NCBI GenBank assembly: GCA_037131105.1
Contig: JBAXRQ010000001.1
Coordinates: 258,039 to 322,038, forward strand
Direction: 5' to 3'
Source: a bacterium
GTDB lineage: Bacteria > Patescibacteriota > UBA1384 > CAILIB01
Length of the DNA: 64,000 nt
The stretch's first letter is position 1. Each line of letters opens with the position of its first letter. The translations under genes and the position numbers were made by a program. The notes under the pieces are model-generated. The model was given only the letters and a program-made list of their open reading frames with translations, made no database searches and was not told the DNA's origin. Below, piece by piece: positions 26,463-36,316 of this stretch.

Positions 26463-27584
26463 TTATTCTGGCCAATTCTTGAAATACTTCGCTAGTTTGA
26501 TGCCGGTTTGGAACTGGTAATGAGATAGCTCAGCAACCTTTGAGCTTTGCTCACCGTAGAGTCGTGAAGGGATCTGCGAGACACTTTCATAGCGCATGAG
26601 GCAGACACCCTGACCATCGGCAAACTGCAGACGACGGTCGGTAAGGTTGCGGATCTCAAGTACTACACCGCTACCCTGGGTGTCCTGCTCGTCGTAGCCG
26701 AACCCTGGGTCGAAGTAGCCGGCGAAGTGGCTTCGGAATGGCCCCTGCTTCTCGGTGTAGGGGACCATTTCTGTGCTCATCCAGGGTAAAATACGTAGAC
26801 GTTCCTTGGTGGTCGCTAGAACGAACTCATGTGGCTCAAGCATTAGGCTGCCATCACGTTCGAGCCGTTTCTCGCGGAAGTAGTCGGTAGGATCGATGCT
26901 CTGGCGCTCGGCCAAATCCAGCGGCCGGCCATTGGGTATGCTTACCAGGTTTGAAGGTGCCCCAGTTAAATCGAGGTGCAAGAGAATGCCCTCATTGGTA
27001 AACACGGGTTTGAGGGTACCGCTCACCAAGGGGTCTTCCTGGTGGATCTTCTTCAGCTGCACACCTGTAAGGATGTCACGGACTCCTTTGAACAGGCGGA
27101 TCTGCATCAGGGTGTCGCCAGGGCGCAGGATGACCGGGAAGCTCTGGGCGCTCACCAGCAAGTAGAGGCTCCCCTTATATCCGGCCGGTATGACGTTGTA
27201 CTCGGTGCCACCTTCAGCTAATAGTGTACAGTCAAGATCGCATCGCCCGGCTGAGGACTTTGGGTTGGAATAGCCGACGATAGTCTTGGGGAGGTCAAGA
27301 GCACACTGGATTTTCACCAGGTAGTTGATGCCAGGCATGAGTACAATGGAGCCATCCTTGAGGTCGTGGGTGCTGTGGCAGTAGTTCTTGATGAAGTTCT
27401 TGCCGTCAAAGCCCTGGGCAAGACTGGGAATACAGCTGGCTTGGTAAGCGGTGGTGCCAATGGGAAGGTCAAAACCGCCTGGCTGCAGGTATTTGGCGGG
27501 CAGGGCGAGGGCCTTTTTGGCACGCAAGTCCTCGAGCTGGCTGTCGGTGAGTACGGCGCCCTTGCGCTTGGGGAGGGTGATCAT
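26463..27584 (-). CDS. dCTP deaminase-like protein (DCD family, dUTPase fold)
   Basis: GYFDPGFGY...VVLEIRN matches the dCTP-deaminase/dUTPase motif (fDPGf.G...LEi.N). 373 aa. Confidence 0.5.
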   Translation of the reverse strand: MITLPKRKGAVLTDSQLEDLRAKKALALPAKYLQPGGFDLPIGTTAYQASCIPSLAQGFDGKNFIKNYCHSTHDLKDGSIVLMPGINYLVKIQCALDLPKTIVGYSNPKSSAGRCDLDCTLLAEGGTEYNVIPAGYKGSLYLLVSAQSFPVILRPGDTLMQIRLFKGVRDILTGVQLKKIHQEDPLVSGTLKPVFTNEGILLHLDLTGAPSNLVSIPNGRPLDLAERQSIDPTDYFREKRLERDGSLMLEPHEFVLATTKERLRILPWMSTEMVPYTEKQGPFRSHFAGYFDPGFGYDEQDTQGSGVVLEIRNLTDRRLQFADGQGVCLMRYESVSQIPSRLYGEQSSKVAELSHYQFQTGIKLAKYFKNWPE

Positions 27585-27732
27585 GGGTAATGGGCGATGA
27601 TAGGGTGTATCTCCAGTGTGCCAGAAATAGCCAGGCTTTCAAGCATCTCCTTCAGCTTGCTCACAGGTTACACTTTCTATACTAAAGGTATTCTGATAGT
27701 TTGAAAGTACCCTTTTAGCCGTAACGATCCCT

Positions 27733-28407
27733 ATGAACAATGAGCTGAAGATCGTGTTTCCTATCGCCGCCGTCGTGGTGATTGCACTGGGCGCAGTCGC
27801 CTACTTTGCCATCCGCTCGGCCCCGAGTACTCCCGTAGTCGTGCTGGCAACGCCATCTACGACCCTAACTGACGCCGGAAAGATTTCCCGTCCTGACCAG
27901 CGTTCCCGAGGCGCTACTAATGCCAAGGTCACCGTGGTTGAGTTTGGTGATTTCCAATGCCCCGCCTGTCAGACGGCCGAGCCTATCGTCCAGGAGCTGG
28001 TGCAGAAGTACAAGGATAAGAGCGTCAGCTTTGCATTCCGCAACTTCCCGCTCGACCAGCACGCCAACGCCCAGTCATCCGCCACGGCGGCTGAGGCAGC
28101 TGGTGCCCAGGGCAAGTACTGGGAGATGCATGACATGCTGTATTCTAAGCATGACGAGTGGGCGGAGACAACCTCAGCAGTGGCTGAGAACCATTTTATC
28201 GACTACGCCAAGCAGGTGGGTGTAAAGGACGCTGACAAGTTCAAGGCAGCCCTCGATAACCATTCCTACAATGAGATACTTGGACGCGACCTGGCTGATG
28301 CCGGAGGCCTTCAGCTACAGGGAACTCCCTCGTTCTTCGTAGACGAGAAGCCAGTCAGTGCTGTTACGGGAGTTGCGGCAGCTATTGACGCCGCACTGGC
28401 TAAATAG
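27733..28407 (+). CDS. DsbA-like thioredoxin-fold oxidoreductase, membrane anchored
   Basis: CPAC active site and an N-terminal TM. Confidence 0.6.
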   Translation: MNNELKIVFPIAAVVVIALGAVAYFAIRSAPSTPVVVLATPSTTLTDAGKISRPDQRSRGATNAKVTVVEFGDFQCPACQTAEPIVQELVQKYKDKSVSFAFRNFPLDQHANAQSSATAAEAAGAQGKYWEMHDMLYSKHDEWAETTSAVAENHFIDYAKQVGVKDADKFKAALDNHSYNEILGRDLADAGGLQLQGTPSFFVDEKPVSAVTGVAAAIDAALAK

Positions 28408-28408
28408 T

Positions 28409-30175
28409 CTAGTTCTTCCCGAAGTCACTGTTTGCTGAACACAAAGGGTTGGCCGTACCGGTCAGCCTTTTTGTTATGTCTCTGTAGACGAACGGTTCCG
28501 AGCGGCCGTCAGGGTAGGCATAATAGCACTTTGGCAGGTAGGGAAGAGTATCCTTGAAGTAGCGGTTCAGAACTAAGCGGAAGACGTTGACGTTGTCAGC
28601 TCCCTGGGTTAGGTCGGCAGTGGTGCTTTCCGGAATATGGTAAGCAGCGAGATTGCCATATTTCATCTGCAGGTTGGCGTCCGACCAATTCAGCATGCTA
28701 CCGTTGGCTAGCTCGGTCTCGATGGCATTTCCGTCAAAAAGGTCATCATTGAGGCTGGCCGGATAGGGGCCTTCGTCTGACTGGAGGATGACAATGGCCT
28801 TACCGCCACTATTCTTATTGATTTTGGCTAGGAGCGGTTCCATCTGGCTGTTTATGTATTTCACCTGGTTGACGTACTTCTGTTTGATGAGTTCTCCGAC
28901 ATTGTCATCGCCGGTATTGGGATTAAGGGAGCCGTCGGCGTTGTAGTAGTAAGGATTGTGGGGGACAAGGACATGGGCGAAGATGAAGCGGCCGCCGGCC
29001 GGCTGATCTGCCAGGTCGTTAAGCGCGTCCAGCTTGTATGGGGTCGCTTGCTGCTCCCCAAGTCCTCCGTAGGCGAGTACCTGGAAATTCCCGAGACTGA
29101 TTCCGTGCTCAGTCAGCCGCCAGAAGGGGCTTTGGGTCAGTAGGTTTTTGGAAAAGGTATTCATGGTGTAGGTATGGCCCAGCACAGTCAAGAGGCCTTC
29201 CGGCTGGTAGACGTGGTCAGCCAGGGGCGCTTCATTAGTGGCCTCATACCAGCTGCCCAGCTCGTCATAGGTGTAGCCCAGACTTTTAAGGCGCTTGATA
29301 ACCGTGGCGTTCCGGATGGCTTCGTGATAAGCGAAGATAGTCTGATCGGGGGAACCTGCGAACTTCTGGACAATATCTGTATGGTAGTCGGCATTTAGAG
29401 TCGAGGCTATCGACATGGTCGTGTAGGGATAGTTCTGGTGGGCATTTGGGTTGGAATAGTAGCCGTTGTCAGTAAGGAACTTGATGAAGGCCGAGTTGTC
29501 AAAGCCGAACTGCTGCTGCAAGACGTCTTGGCTGGCATACCGGTCCAGCACTATGTAGTAAATATCAGGCTTCTCGGTGCCGGTGCTGAGCGCCGCCTGG
29601 GTCCCGAGGGTACTAGTCGGCTTATATGAGAACTGGCCCCACTCGGTGGTAATGGTCCGCACGGTTGGGTAGAGCTGGAGCACGAAGGTGACAACGATGA
29701 CCACGGTAATGCCTCCCACCAGGTCCTTAGCCTTCCAGTTGCGGGTCTCCACCAGTCTATCTATCACAAGACCGACGTAACGAGCCATTAGGGCAACTAA
29801 CACGATAAAGGCCAGGCTTATGACTGTGCCCTCCCAGCTCTTAAGCTGGGGAATGGGGTTCAGGGCCTTGATAGCGGGGTACAGCGAGCTGAGCTTGCTC
29901 TCGTACTGGTCACCGATTACGAGGACAGTGAGGATGGCACCGACAAAAGAGCCGAGAGGTGTCTTCTTGGAAAGGGGATAGAATATACAGGCCACAACTG
30001 TCGCTGTCAGCAGGCTGAGGATTATCGGCAATAGGAGGTCTATCAGGGTAACTTGGTACTTGTTCTGTAGCCAACTGGAAAGCGGCGGAAGCTCGGCTAA
30101 CAATACCAGGGGGGTCCAGTAAGAGAGCCAGGGGATGATTCGCTTCAGAAATGTGATGGGGCGTTTTTCGCTCAT
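28409..30175 (-). CDS. LtaS/sulfatase-like membrane protein (polytopic N-domain + extracellular alkaline-phosphatase-superfamily domain)
   Basis: 5 N-terminal TM helices followed by a large extracytoplasmic domain with DRY.SQ and sulfatase-like features. Confidence 0.4.
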   Translation of the reverse strand: MSEKRPITFLKRIIPWLSYWTPLVLLAELPPLSSWLQNKYQVTLIDLLLPIILSLLTATVVACIFYPLSKKTPLGSFVGAILTVLVIGDQYESKLSSLYPAIKALNPIPQLKSWEGTVISLAFIVLVALMARYVGLVIDRLVETRNWKAKDLVGGITVVIVVTFVLQLYPTVRTITTEWGQFSYKPTSTLGTQAALSTGTEKPDIYYIVLDRYASQDVLQQQFGFDNSAFIKFLTDNGYYSNPNAHQNYPYTTMSIASTLNADYHTDIVQKFAGSPDQTIFAYHEAIRNATVIKRLKSLGYTYDELGSWYEATNEAPLADHVYQPEGLLTVLGHTYTMNTFSKNLLTQSPFWRLTEHGISLGNFQVLAYGGLGEQQATPYKLDALNDLADQPAGGRFIFAHVLVPHNPYYYNADGSLNPNTGDDNVGELIKQKYVNQVKYINSQMEPLLAKINKNSGGKAIVILQSDEGPYPASLNDDLFDGNAIETELANGSMLNWSDANLQMKYGNLAAYHIPESTTADLTQGADNVNVFRLVLNRYFKDTLPYLPKCYYAYPDGRSEPFVYRDITKRLTGTANPLCSANSDFGKN

Positions 30176-30183
30176 GTCCGTTA

Positions 30184-31134
30184 TTAAGAAGTGACTGCCT
30201 TTACGATCTGGTGGATGGTCTCGGTGCGTTCATCGTATTTGTAGAAGCCCTTTCCGTTGGTGTAGATAGTCAGAATATATAGGTGCTTTCCGTCACTCAC
30301 GATAGCGGCGTCATGGACATTGTCCTCGTATTCTCCGTATTTGTGATAGGCCTTAGTGCCTTTTGGAAGTGCTGCTGGTATAAGGCTTTCTTCATTGGTC
30401 TTCTGCATATAGGAAAGTAGGAGGGCGGTATTGTCCTTGTTAAGCAGGGTTCCGTTATACAGCTTTAGGAGAAGAGTAGCCATATCGTTCGATGAGAGCG
30501 AATTGGTAGAGCTGTCATAGGAGCTTAGGCCTACTCCGTGGGCGAAAGTTTCTTCATTCGGCAGCCCAAGCAGGTCATTGAACAGGTCCCATGAATCATT
30601 ATTGCTCTGGTTGATCATCTGTTGCAGTTGGTACTTTGCGGTACCGTTGCCAAGTTTTTGGCTCAGTGAGTAGGTACCTTTCTCAACCTGCTGAAGAAAA
30701 TCAGTGGCGGCAATTATCTTGGCAGTGCTTGCTGCTGTGAAGGCGTGACTGCCACCAACGTCGGCCCGTTGTCCGTTTGCGAGGTCCACTAGACTCACCC
30801 CGATGATGAGGTGGGGGTTTGCTTTCACGATGTCGTCGACAGCCTGTTTGGCCTTGTCTAGTAGGATGGGACTGGCGGCAGGGGTCGGAGATGGTGTAGC
30901 GGTGGACACTGAAGCCAGCCGGGTAGCCTGGGGGGAGGATTCGGCAGTCGCCTGATCGTCTTTTTCAGGCTGCTCATTTTTCCGGGTGAGCATGAGTCCA
31001 CCGACAAGAAGCACGGCAGAGACAATGAACAGGGCGGCAGAACGTCTCTGTCTTTTCTGTCTTAGGCGCCGCCGCTTCTCGAGCGGCGAACGTGTTTCAG
31101 TCAGTCCGATTCGTGGCGGCAGGGAACCGAGCAT
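30184..31134 (-). CDS. class A beta-lactamase-like serine hydrolase, membrane anchored
   Basis: SxxK motif (AASTAKI) and an N-terminal TM. Confidence 0.5.
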   Translation of the reverse strand: MLGSLPPRIGLTETRSPLEKRRRLRQKRQRRSAALFIVSAVLLVGGLMLTRKNEQPEKDDQATAESSPQATRLASVSTATPSPTPAASPILLDKAKQAVDDIVKANPHLIIGVSLVDLANGQRADVGGSHAFTAASTAKIIAATDFLQQVEKGTYSLSQKLGNGTAKYQLQQMINQSNNDSWDLFNDLLGLPNEETFAHGVGLSSYDSSTNSLSSNDMATLLLKLYNGTLLNKDNTALLLSYMQKTNEESLIPAALPKGTKAYHKYGEYEDNVHDAAIVSDGKHLYILTIYTNGKGFYKYDERTETIHQIVKAVTS

Positions 31135-31135
31135 A

Positions 31136-32527
31136 CTAGGCAGTCTTACGCTTCATGAGGTAAAGGGTGCGCGAAGTGTCCTTCATGGTCTTCTGTTCCA
31201 GTATAGTGAAATATCGCAGAAATACCTTCTCAAACTGATCCTGTTCGTAGCCGGGGAAGATGTCTTCGCGGGCGGAAAGTAGTCTCTGGGCGTTGCTGTC
31301 CTGCTTGGGTACGAACTCTATGATCAGATGTTTGGCCTGCCCGGCAAAGAGACGGGCAATATGGTCGAGGGGTAGATTGTTGGCAATTGCCAAATGGTGC
31401 ACCAGGGCCAGACAAAGGGCCAGGTCAAATCTGCCGCGCTCTAGAAACGAAGGCCGTTCCTGGTTGGCCCAGCCTATGCTGGGACTGGGATTGGTCAGGT
31501 CGATGATCATGGAAAGCAGGTTTTCGTCCTTCTGCTTTCGGCTCAACCGGTAGCCCCTCTCTACTGCCACCGGGTCGATGTCCGATGCGACTGTGCGAGC
31601 TCCCGTAGCAGAGGCCAGACGGCTGAAGGTGCCGTCGTTGGCGCCGGCATCCCATACGGTGCCAGGCGTTATCTTGGCTATCCATTTCGAGACCAGCTTT
31701 TCCTTTTCGGAAAGAGAGCCTTTGGAATAGTTGTGGGTGGTCTCATAATAGTCGTCCCAGACGGTCTTCTGACGGATGGGTTTCAGTGAGGCTACGGTAG
31801 CATCAAGGTTCTGGAGTACTCCTAGTAGACGGGTCTTATCTAAACGATACTCGCGTGAAGTAGAAGGAGCGTCGGCATGACGGTTCTGGCTGCGGGCATG
31901 CAGATGGAGATGGGCGCCAATGCCGATAGAGAGCCGGGTCCGCTTGGGAAGCAGGTGGCTGGCCAAGGCAAGCGGAATCCCGTCGATGTGAAGCTGGGAA
32001 AGGGTGCCCATATGCAGGTCTACCTTGGCCATGAGGGCGAGTGGGGCAAGGAAATGCTGGCAGAACTGGCGGTAGGCCACCCAAGGCTGGCCTTCAGGAT
32101 ATATCTCAAAGGAAAGCGTGTCGATGAGAACAGGGCGGTGACCTATGAACTGGATGTTATAGGCGCTGGCGTCCTTGAGGCTCATGCCGTGCCTGAGAGC
32201 GATGCGCTGGATGCGTAGGGTAAGTAGGGCGGCGTCCTGCAGCTGGCTGAAACTCCATTCATAAGGGTACGTAATGAAGGGGATCGGCTCAGGCTTCAGA
32301 AGCTTATAGGTCAAGGGGTCCTTGGTCTCCAGTGGCTTTTCAACATGGGGAACCATCAGCCCCTTCTCGATGAGCTTGGCATACAGGCCCGAACTCATGA
32401 GTAGGTCGTAGGCTTCCTTGTATGCGTGGTTTACCTGGCGGTAGGGCACTCCGTCCTTCATGAAGACGAAGCCGCTGGGATCACGGAAAGAAGAGGCAAG
32501 CGGCTGGACGGCATGTGCGGAGCTCAT
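31136..32527 (-). CDS. fusion protein: N-terminal kinase-like (APH/ePK-like) domain + C-terminal class I SAM methyltransferase
   Basis: The N-domain has a catalytic-loop-like KDASAYN and a DFG-like LIDTLSFE. The C-domain has VWDAGANDGTF and DIDP methyltransferase motifs. Confidence 0.4.
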   Translation of the reverse strand: MSSAHAVQPLASSFRDPSGFVFMKDGVPYRQVNHAYKEAYDLLMSSGLYAKLIEKGLMVPHVEKPLETKDPLTYKLLKPEPIPFITYPYEWSFSQLQDAALLTLRIQRIALRHGMSLKDASAYNIQFIGHRPVLIDTLSFEIYPEGQPWVAYRQFCQHFLAPLALMAKVDLHMGTLSQLHIDGIPLALASHLLPKRTRLSIGIGAHLHLHARSQNRHADAPSTSREYRLDKTRLLGVLQNLDATVASLKPIRQKTVWDDYYETTHNYSKGSLSEKEKLVSKWIAKITPGTVWDAGANDGTFSRLASATGARTVASDIDPVAVERGYRLSRKQKDENLLSMIIDLTNPSPSIGWANQERPSFLERGRFDLALCLALVHHLAIANNLPLDHIARLFAGQAKHLIIEFVPKQDSNAQRLLSAREDIFPGYEQDQFEKVFLRYFTILEQKTMKDTSRTLYLMKRKTA

Positions 32528-32760
32528 GCGTCCGGATCATTCTTTTTGTTGGACTTCCGGCTACGTAGTTTGGTGACGAGACGCCCGATAAGCCCGCGCA
32601 TGGTGTAGGCTGCCCCGAATATAACACCCACTATCACCTGAATCACATAGCTGCCTGTGCCTGGATCAAGATAGGCGTGGGCATAGCTCAGAGGGGATAG
32701 ACAGAGGGGGATGACCAGCCAGAGTGATGAAGATAAGGTGGGGCGGGGCAGGCGCAGCAT
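32524..32760 (-). CDS. small 2-TM membrane protein
   Basis: 78 aa. ATGA overlap with the downstream gene. Confidence 0.4.
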   Translation of the reverse strand: MLRLPRPTLSSSLWLVIPLCLSPLSYAHAYLDPGTGSYVIQVIVGVIFGAAYTMRGLIGRLVTKLRSRKSNKKNDPDA

Positions 32761-32769
32761 GTCGGTGGG

Positions 32770-33843
32770 TTAGGCGGACGGTTGATGGGGTGAATGGTGA
32801 TGGGGCCGCAAGCCAGGGAGACGGGAATGATGGGACGGCAGAATGACGCTAAAGACGGATCCCTTGCCGGGAGCGCTTACTACCTCGATGCTGCCATGAT
32901 GGAGCTTGGCGATCTTGGCGGCAATAGAGAGGCCTAGCCCATATCCTGCCGTGGAATTTTGGTTCCTGGACTGGTCGGCTCGGTAAAACCTGTCGAAGAT
33001 GAGGGGAAGGTCAGTGGCAGGTATGCCAATGCCGTGATCCTTGATGCGGATAGCCGTTTGAGATCCCTGATAGAGCGAACTAGTTGATACTTCGACTGTC
33101 GTGCCCGCAGGACTGTACTTGATGGCATTATCCAAGAGTATGGAGACCAGCTCAACCAGGCTCCACTGATCGCCCCACACTGACAGGTCTGCGCTATCGC
33201 TGCTGATAGTGACCCTTCTCTTCTTAGCGGCGGGAGCGACTCGTTCACCTGCTTCTCGTATGATAGCATGCAGATCACAGTTTTTGAAGGCTGAGAGCCG
33301 TTCTTGGCTATCCTGCTGGGCAAGCTTCAGGAGTCCGTTTGAAAGTGCCTCTAGGCGCCCGATCTCCTCAAGGTTGCTTTTAAGTAGTTGCTTGGACTCG
33401 GCCAGGGTCAGGCCGGTGTCGCGCAGAGCAACCTCGATCTCGCTCTTCATGACAGTCAGGGGTGTACGTAGTTCGTGAGAGGCATCGGCGGTAAAGCGCT
33501 GCTGTGACTCGAGGGTCTCCTCAATCGGGCGCAGGGTGCGGCGGGCCAGAAGATAACTTAAGGCTCCCCCCACCAGTAGGATGATAAGGTTGAAGTAGAT
33601 GAGGGTGCTTTGGATCGCCTCTCGACTCTCCTCGATCTGAGCGAGACGTGTCTGGGTGAATTGGGTGAAGCCCGGCTGGAGGTTTATGTAGAAGCTGCTC
33701 TGAAGCAGGGCCTCTTGGCGATGTTGGTCAGCGTCGAGGGTGCCGGTGGAGACCCTATATAAGGAAATGCTAAAGGACACACTTAAGAGCATGACCAAGG
33801 CCAGGTACCAGAGGGTGAGGCGCAGTACGGCGGCCCGGAACAT
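32770..33843 (-). CDS. sensor histidine kinase
   Basis: 2 TM helices, H-box SHELRTPL and HATPase_c N/G boxes. Confidence 0.8.
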   Translation of the reverse strand: MFRAAVLRLTLWYLALVMLLSVSFSISLYRVSTGTLDADQHRQEALLQSSFYINLQPGFTQFTQTRLAQIEESREAIQSTLIYFNLIILLVGGALSYLLARRTLRPIEETLESQQRFTADASHELRTPLTVMKSEIEVALRDTGLTLAESKQLLKSNLEEIGRLEALSNGLLKLAQQDSQERLSAFKNCDLHAIIREAGERVAPAAKKRRVTISSDSADLSVWGDQWSLVELVSILLDNAIKYSPAGTTVEVSTSSLYQGSQTAIRIKDHGIGIPATDLPLIFDRFYRADQSRNQNSTAGYGLGLSIAAKIAKLHHGSIEVVSAPGKGSVFSVILPSHHSRLPGLRPHHHSPHQPSA

Positions 33844-34521
33844 CTAGGACTTCCCCAGCTTATAACCGAAGCCGCGGACGGTGTTGATGAGATGGGGGCC
33901 CTTGAAGGGCTTGTCGATCTTGTTGCGGAGGTAGCCGATGTAGACCTCTACGGTATTGGGAAGAATATCGGCGTCGTAATCCCAGACATGGCCGATGATG
34001 CTGTCCTTGCTGAGGGTGAGGTCCTTGTTGCGCATAAGATATTCCAGTAAGGCGAACTCCTTGGTGGTAAGGCTGATGCTCTTGGCACCGCGCTTCACTT
34101 CATAGCTTACCGTATCTAGGGTCAGGTCTTCCACTTGGAGAGTGTTGTGCAGGCTTTGCTCGGGGCGGCGCAGGAGGGCGCGTACCCTGGCCAGGAACTC
34201 CTCAAAAGCAAACGGTTTTACGAGGTAGTCGTCGGCGCCACCGTCCAATCCGGCGACGCGGTCCTGGATCTTGTCCTTGGCAGTAAGTACCAGGACAGGG
34301 GCGTGCAGGCCCTTTTTGCGCATGGCGGCGCAGATCATCAGGCCGTCCTCAATGCCGGGTAGCATCCTGTCTAATATCACCAGGTCATAGGGTTCGGTCA
34401 GGGCCATGCCAAGGCCTTCTTTTCCATCATAGGCCACATCTACAGCATAATGCTCCTGTTGGAGTCCGCGCTGTAGGGCTCCAGCGATTTTGTGTTCGTC
34501 TTCTACGATAAGTATTCTCAT
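33844..34521 (-). CDS. OmpR-family response regulator
   Basis: Receiver domain MRILIVEDE...D...K plus a winged-helix trans_reg_C domain. Start chosen at MRIL. Confidence 0.85.
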   Translation of the reverse strand: MRILIVEDEHKIAGALQRGLQQEHYAVDVAYDGKEGLGMALTEPYDLVILDRMLPGIEDGLMICAAMRKKGLHAPVLVLTAKDKIQDRVAGLDGGADDYLVKPFAFEEFLARVRALLRRPEQSLHNTLQVEDLTLDTVSYEVKRGAKSISLTTKEFALLEYLMRNKDLTLSKDSIIGHVWDYDADILPNTVEVYIGYLRNKIDKPFKGPHLINTVRGFGYKLGKS

Positions 34522-34554
34522 GTAACCTAGTATAGCGGGCAATTCTGAGAAGTC

Positions 34555-34658
34555 ACTGAGCGTTGCCGTGCCACAGAAAACCGATCGACTCAAGGAAGAG
34601 ATCACCTGTATTCCTTCGGAATACGTCTCAAAGGTTTTCTGTGGCACGGCAACGCTCA
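34555..34658 (-). repeat. fold-back element F3 (core in reverse orientation)
   Basis: Perfect 27-bp arms ctgagcgttgccgtgccacagaaaacc / ggttttctgtggcacggcaacgctcag. The core is the reverse complement of tttgagacgtattccgaaggaatac...ccttgagtcgatcgg. Confidence 0.5.
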
Positions 34659-34665
34659 GTCAGGG

Positions 34666-35166
34666 CTAGGCAGACAGGTGCGACATGATTTTCGCTACGG
34701 TCTCTTCGGGAGAGATGCCGGAGTTGTCCAGCCTGATCTCATGTGGGAGCGGAGGACGTTCCTTTACCATACGATTCCACTCCAGCGTTCTTTCGATGTC
34801 CTTGTATTCGCCTTCGCGGTTGGCCATTCGTTCCCGCAACGTGTTGTCGCTGTCTACGGTTAGTGTGATGCTGGCAAAGCTGAGGTCCTTGAAAATATCA
34901 GTAAGAGCCTGGACTCTGTCCTCTTCCAGGTCGTCAACGACCACGTTCTTGTAGCCGTGCTTGATATAGTTTTTCAGAATGAAGACGAGGTTCTCAAACG
35001 CCATGTTCTCCTCCTCGGCGCTGGCATTGCTCCAGTCCTTGTCCAGATGAACGTCACGGAAGCTGGCGAAGTCAAACAGGGGACAGCCTAGCTCTCCCCG
35101 AAGAAGTTCGCTGACAGTGGACTTTCCACTGCAGGGGCAGCCTGAAAATATTATGAGGTCGTGCAT
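34666..35166 (-). CDS. P-loop NTPase/kinase-like protein
   Basis: Walker A GCPCSGKST. 166 aa. Confidence 0.45.
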   Translation of the reverse strand: MHDLIIFSGCPCSGKSTVSELLRGELGCPLFDFASFRDVHLDKDWSNASAEEENMAFENLVFILKNYIKHGYKNVVVDDLEEDRVQALTDIFKDLSFASITLTVDSDNTLRERMANREGEYKDIERTLEWNRMVKERPPLPHEIRLDNSGISPEETVAKIMSHLSA

Positions 35167-35348
35167 GGGTGGAGCATACTGATTTTCCTGATTATTCCAG
35201 GTACCCCTCCATAGATCAAATCCTTCTTCTCATGTCTCCCGCGGCTTTGAGCAAGGAGGCAAGATCGACAAGCTTCTGTCCTAACCGGTTGGTTGACAGG
35301 GGTAAGATGGCTCCCGTAGACTGGAGATATCAGTAGTAAGCGTGCAGC

Positions 35349-35642
35349 ATGTCCCAGCGAGTCTTTTCTTCGGCAGTTACTGTTGTGAGCGCCAGCCTGG
35401 TCATCGCCGGCTCCCTTCTGCTGACTGCTCCGGCTATGGCTGATTCCATTCTGGACCTTACTCCAAGCGCCACGCCCACCCCGACTCCTAGCGATATTGC
35501 CGCTACTCCTACTCCGACGCCTACCGCTACGCCGGTTGCTCTTCCCGCTACCGGCACGTCGCCGTATCTGCCGATCACCCTACTGGCTGTCTTCCTGGTC
35601 TCTGCAGGGGTGTACGCTGTCTTCCCCCGCCACCAGGGCTAA
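35349..35642 (+). CDS. small LPXTG-anchored surface protein (sortase substrate)
   Basis: Signal peptide, TP-rich region, LPATG motif, hydrophobic segment and a basic tail RHQG. Confidence 0.6.
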   Translation: MSQRVFSSAVTVVSASLVIAGSLLLTAPAMADSILDLTPSATPTPTPSDIAATPTPTPTATPVALPATGTSPYLPITLLAVFLVSAGVYAVFPRHQG

Positions 35643-35654
35643 TCCTTTCCCGCT

Positions 35655-36260
35655 ATGACTGTCCGGCGCCTTGTTCGTCCTTTGGCCGGAGTGACCGCCC
35701 TGCTTAGTCTGGGCTGTTTGTATTATTTCTATGCTCCAGCCTTAGCAGGTAGCCTTCGTCTTCCTCTTCCCACACTCCAGCTGAGTGCCTCTGGACTGTC
35801 GTCTGCGTCCGGCCAGCTGACTCAGTATAAGGAAAGTCCCACCCTTACCATCACCAAGCTGGGACTGAAGGCACCTATTCTTCGCAATATCTCGGTCGGC
35901 GACCAGGGTGCCTACGACGCGGCGTTACATGACGGTATCGCCCAGGCCAAAGGCAGCGCCGACCTGGAGGCTAAGGATGGTAATACCTTTATCTTCGGTC
36001 ATTCTTCCAATGTATCGCTGCACCCCAGTACCTATGATGCTATTTTCGCCGGGCTGCCCAGTCTTACGCCGAGTGATAGTATGCAGATTAGTGTGGGTGG
36101 TCGTGTCCAGACTTATACCGTGACAACCAGCCAGGCGGTGGATGCAAGCGCGGTACAGTATTTGAATGCTTCCGGCGATCGGAAGCTTACTCTGGTGACC
36201 TGCTGGCCTCTGGGAACCGACTACAAGCGCTGGGTGGTGGAGGCTACACGCGTAAACTAG
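35655..36260 (+). CDS. sortase
   Basis: TLVTCWP catalytic Cys motif (TLxTC) and His motif IFGHSS. Confidence 0.7.
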   Translation: MTVRRLVRPLAGVTALLSLGCLYYFYAPALAGSLRLPLPTLQLSASGLSSASGQLTQYKESPTLTITKLGLKAPILRNISVGDQGAYDAALHDGIAQAKGSADLEAKDGNTFIFGHSSNVSLHPSTYDAIFAGLPSLTPSDSMQISVGGRVQTYTVTTSQAVDASAVQYLNASGDRKLTLVTCWPLGTDYKRWVVEATRVN

Positions 36261-36316
36261 GGACCGGACTGGGCCTTTCAGGTTGCCTTGTGAGGCTGAT
36301 CTGATACAATTGGCCT

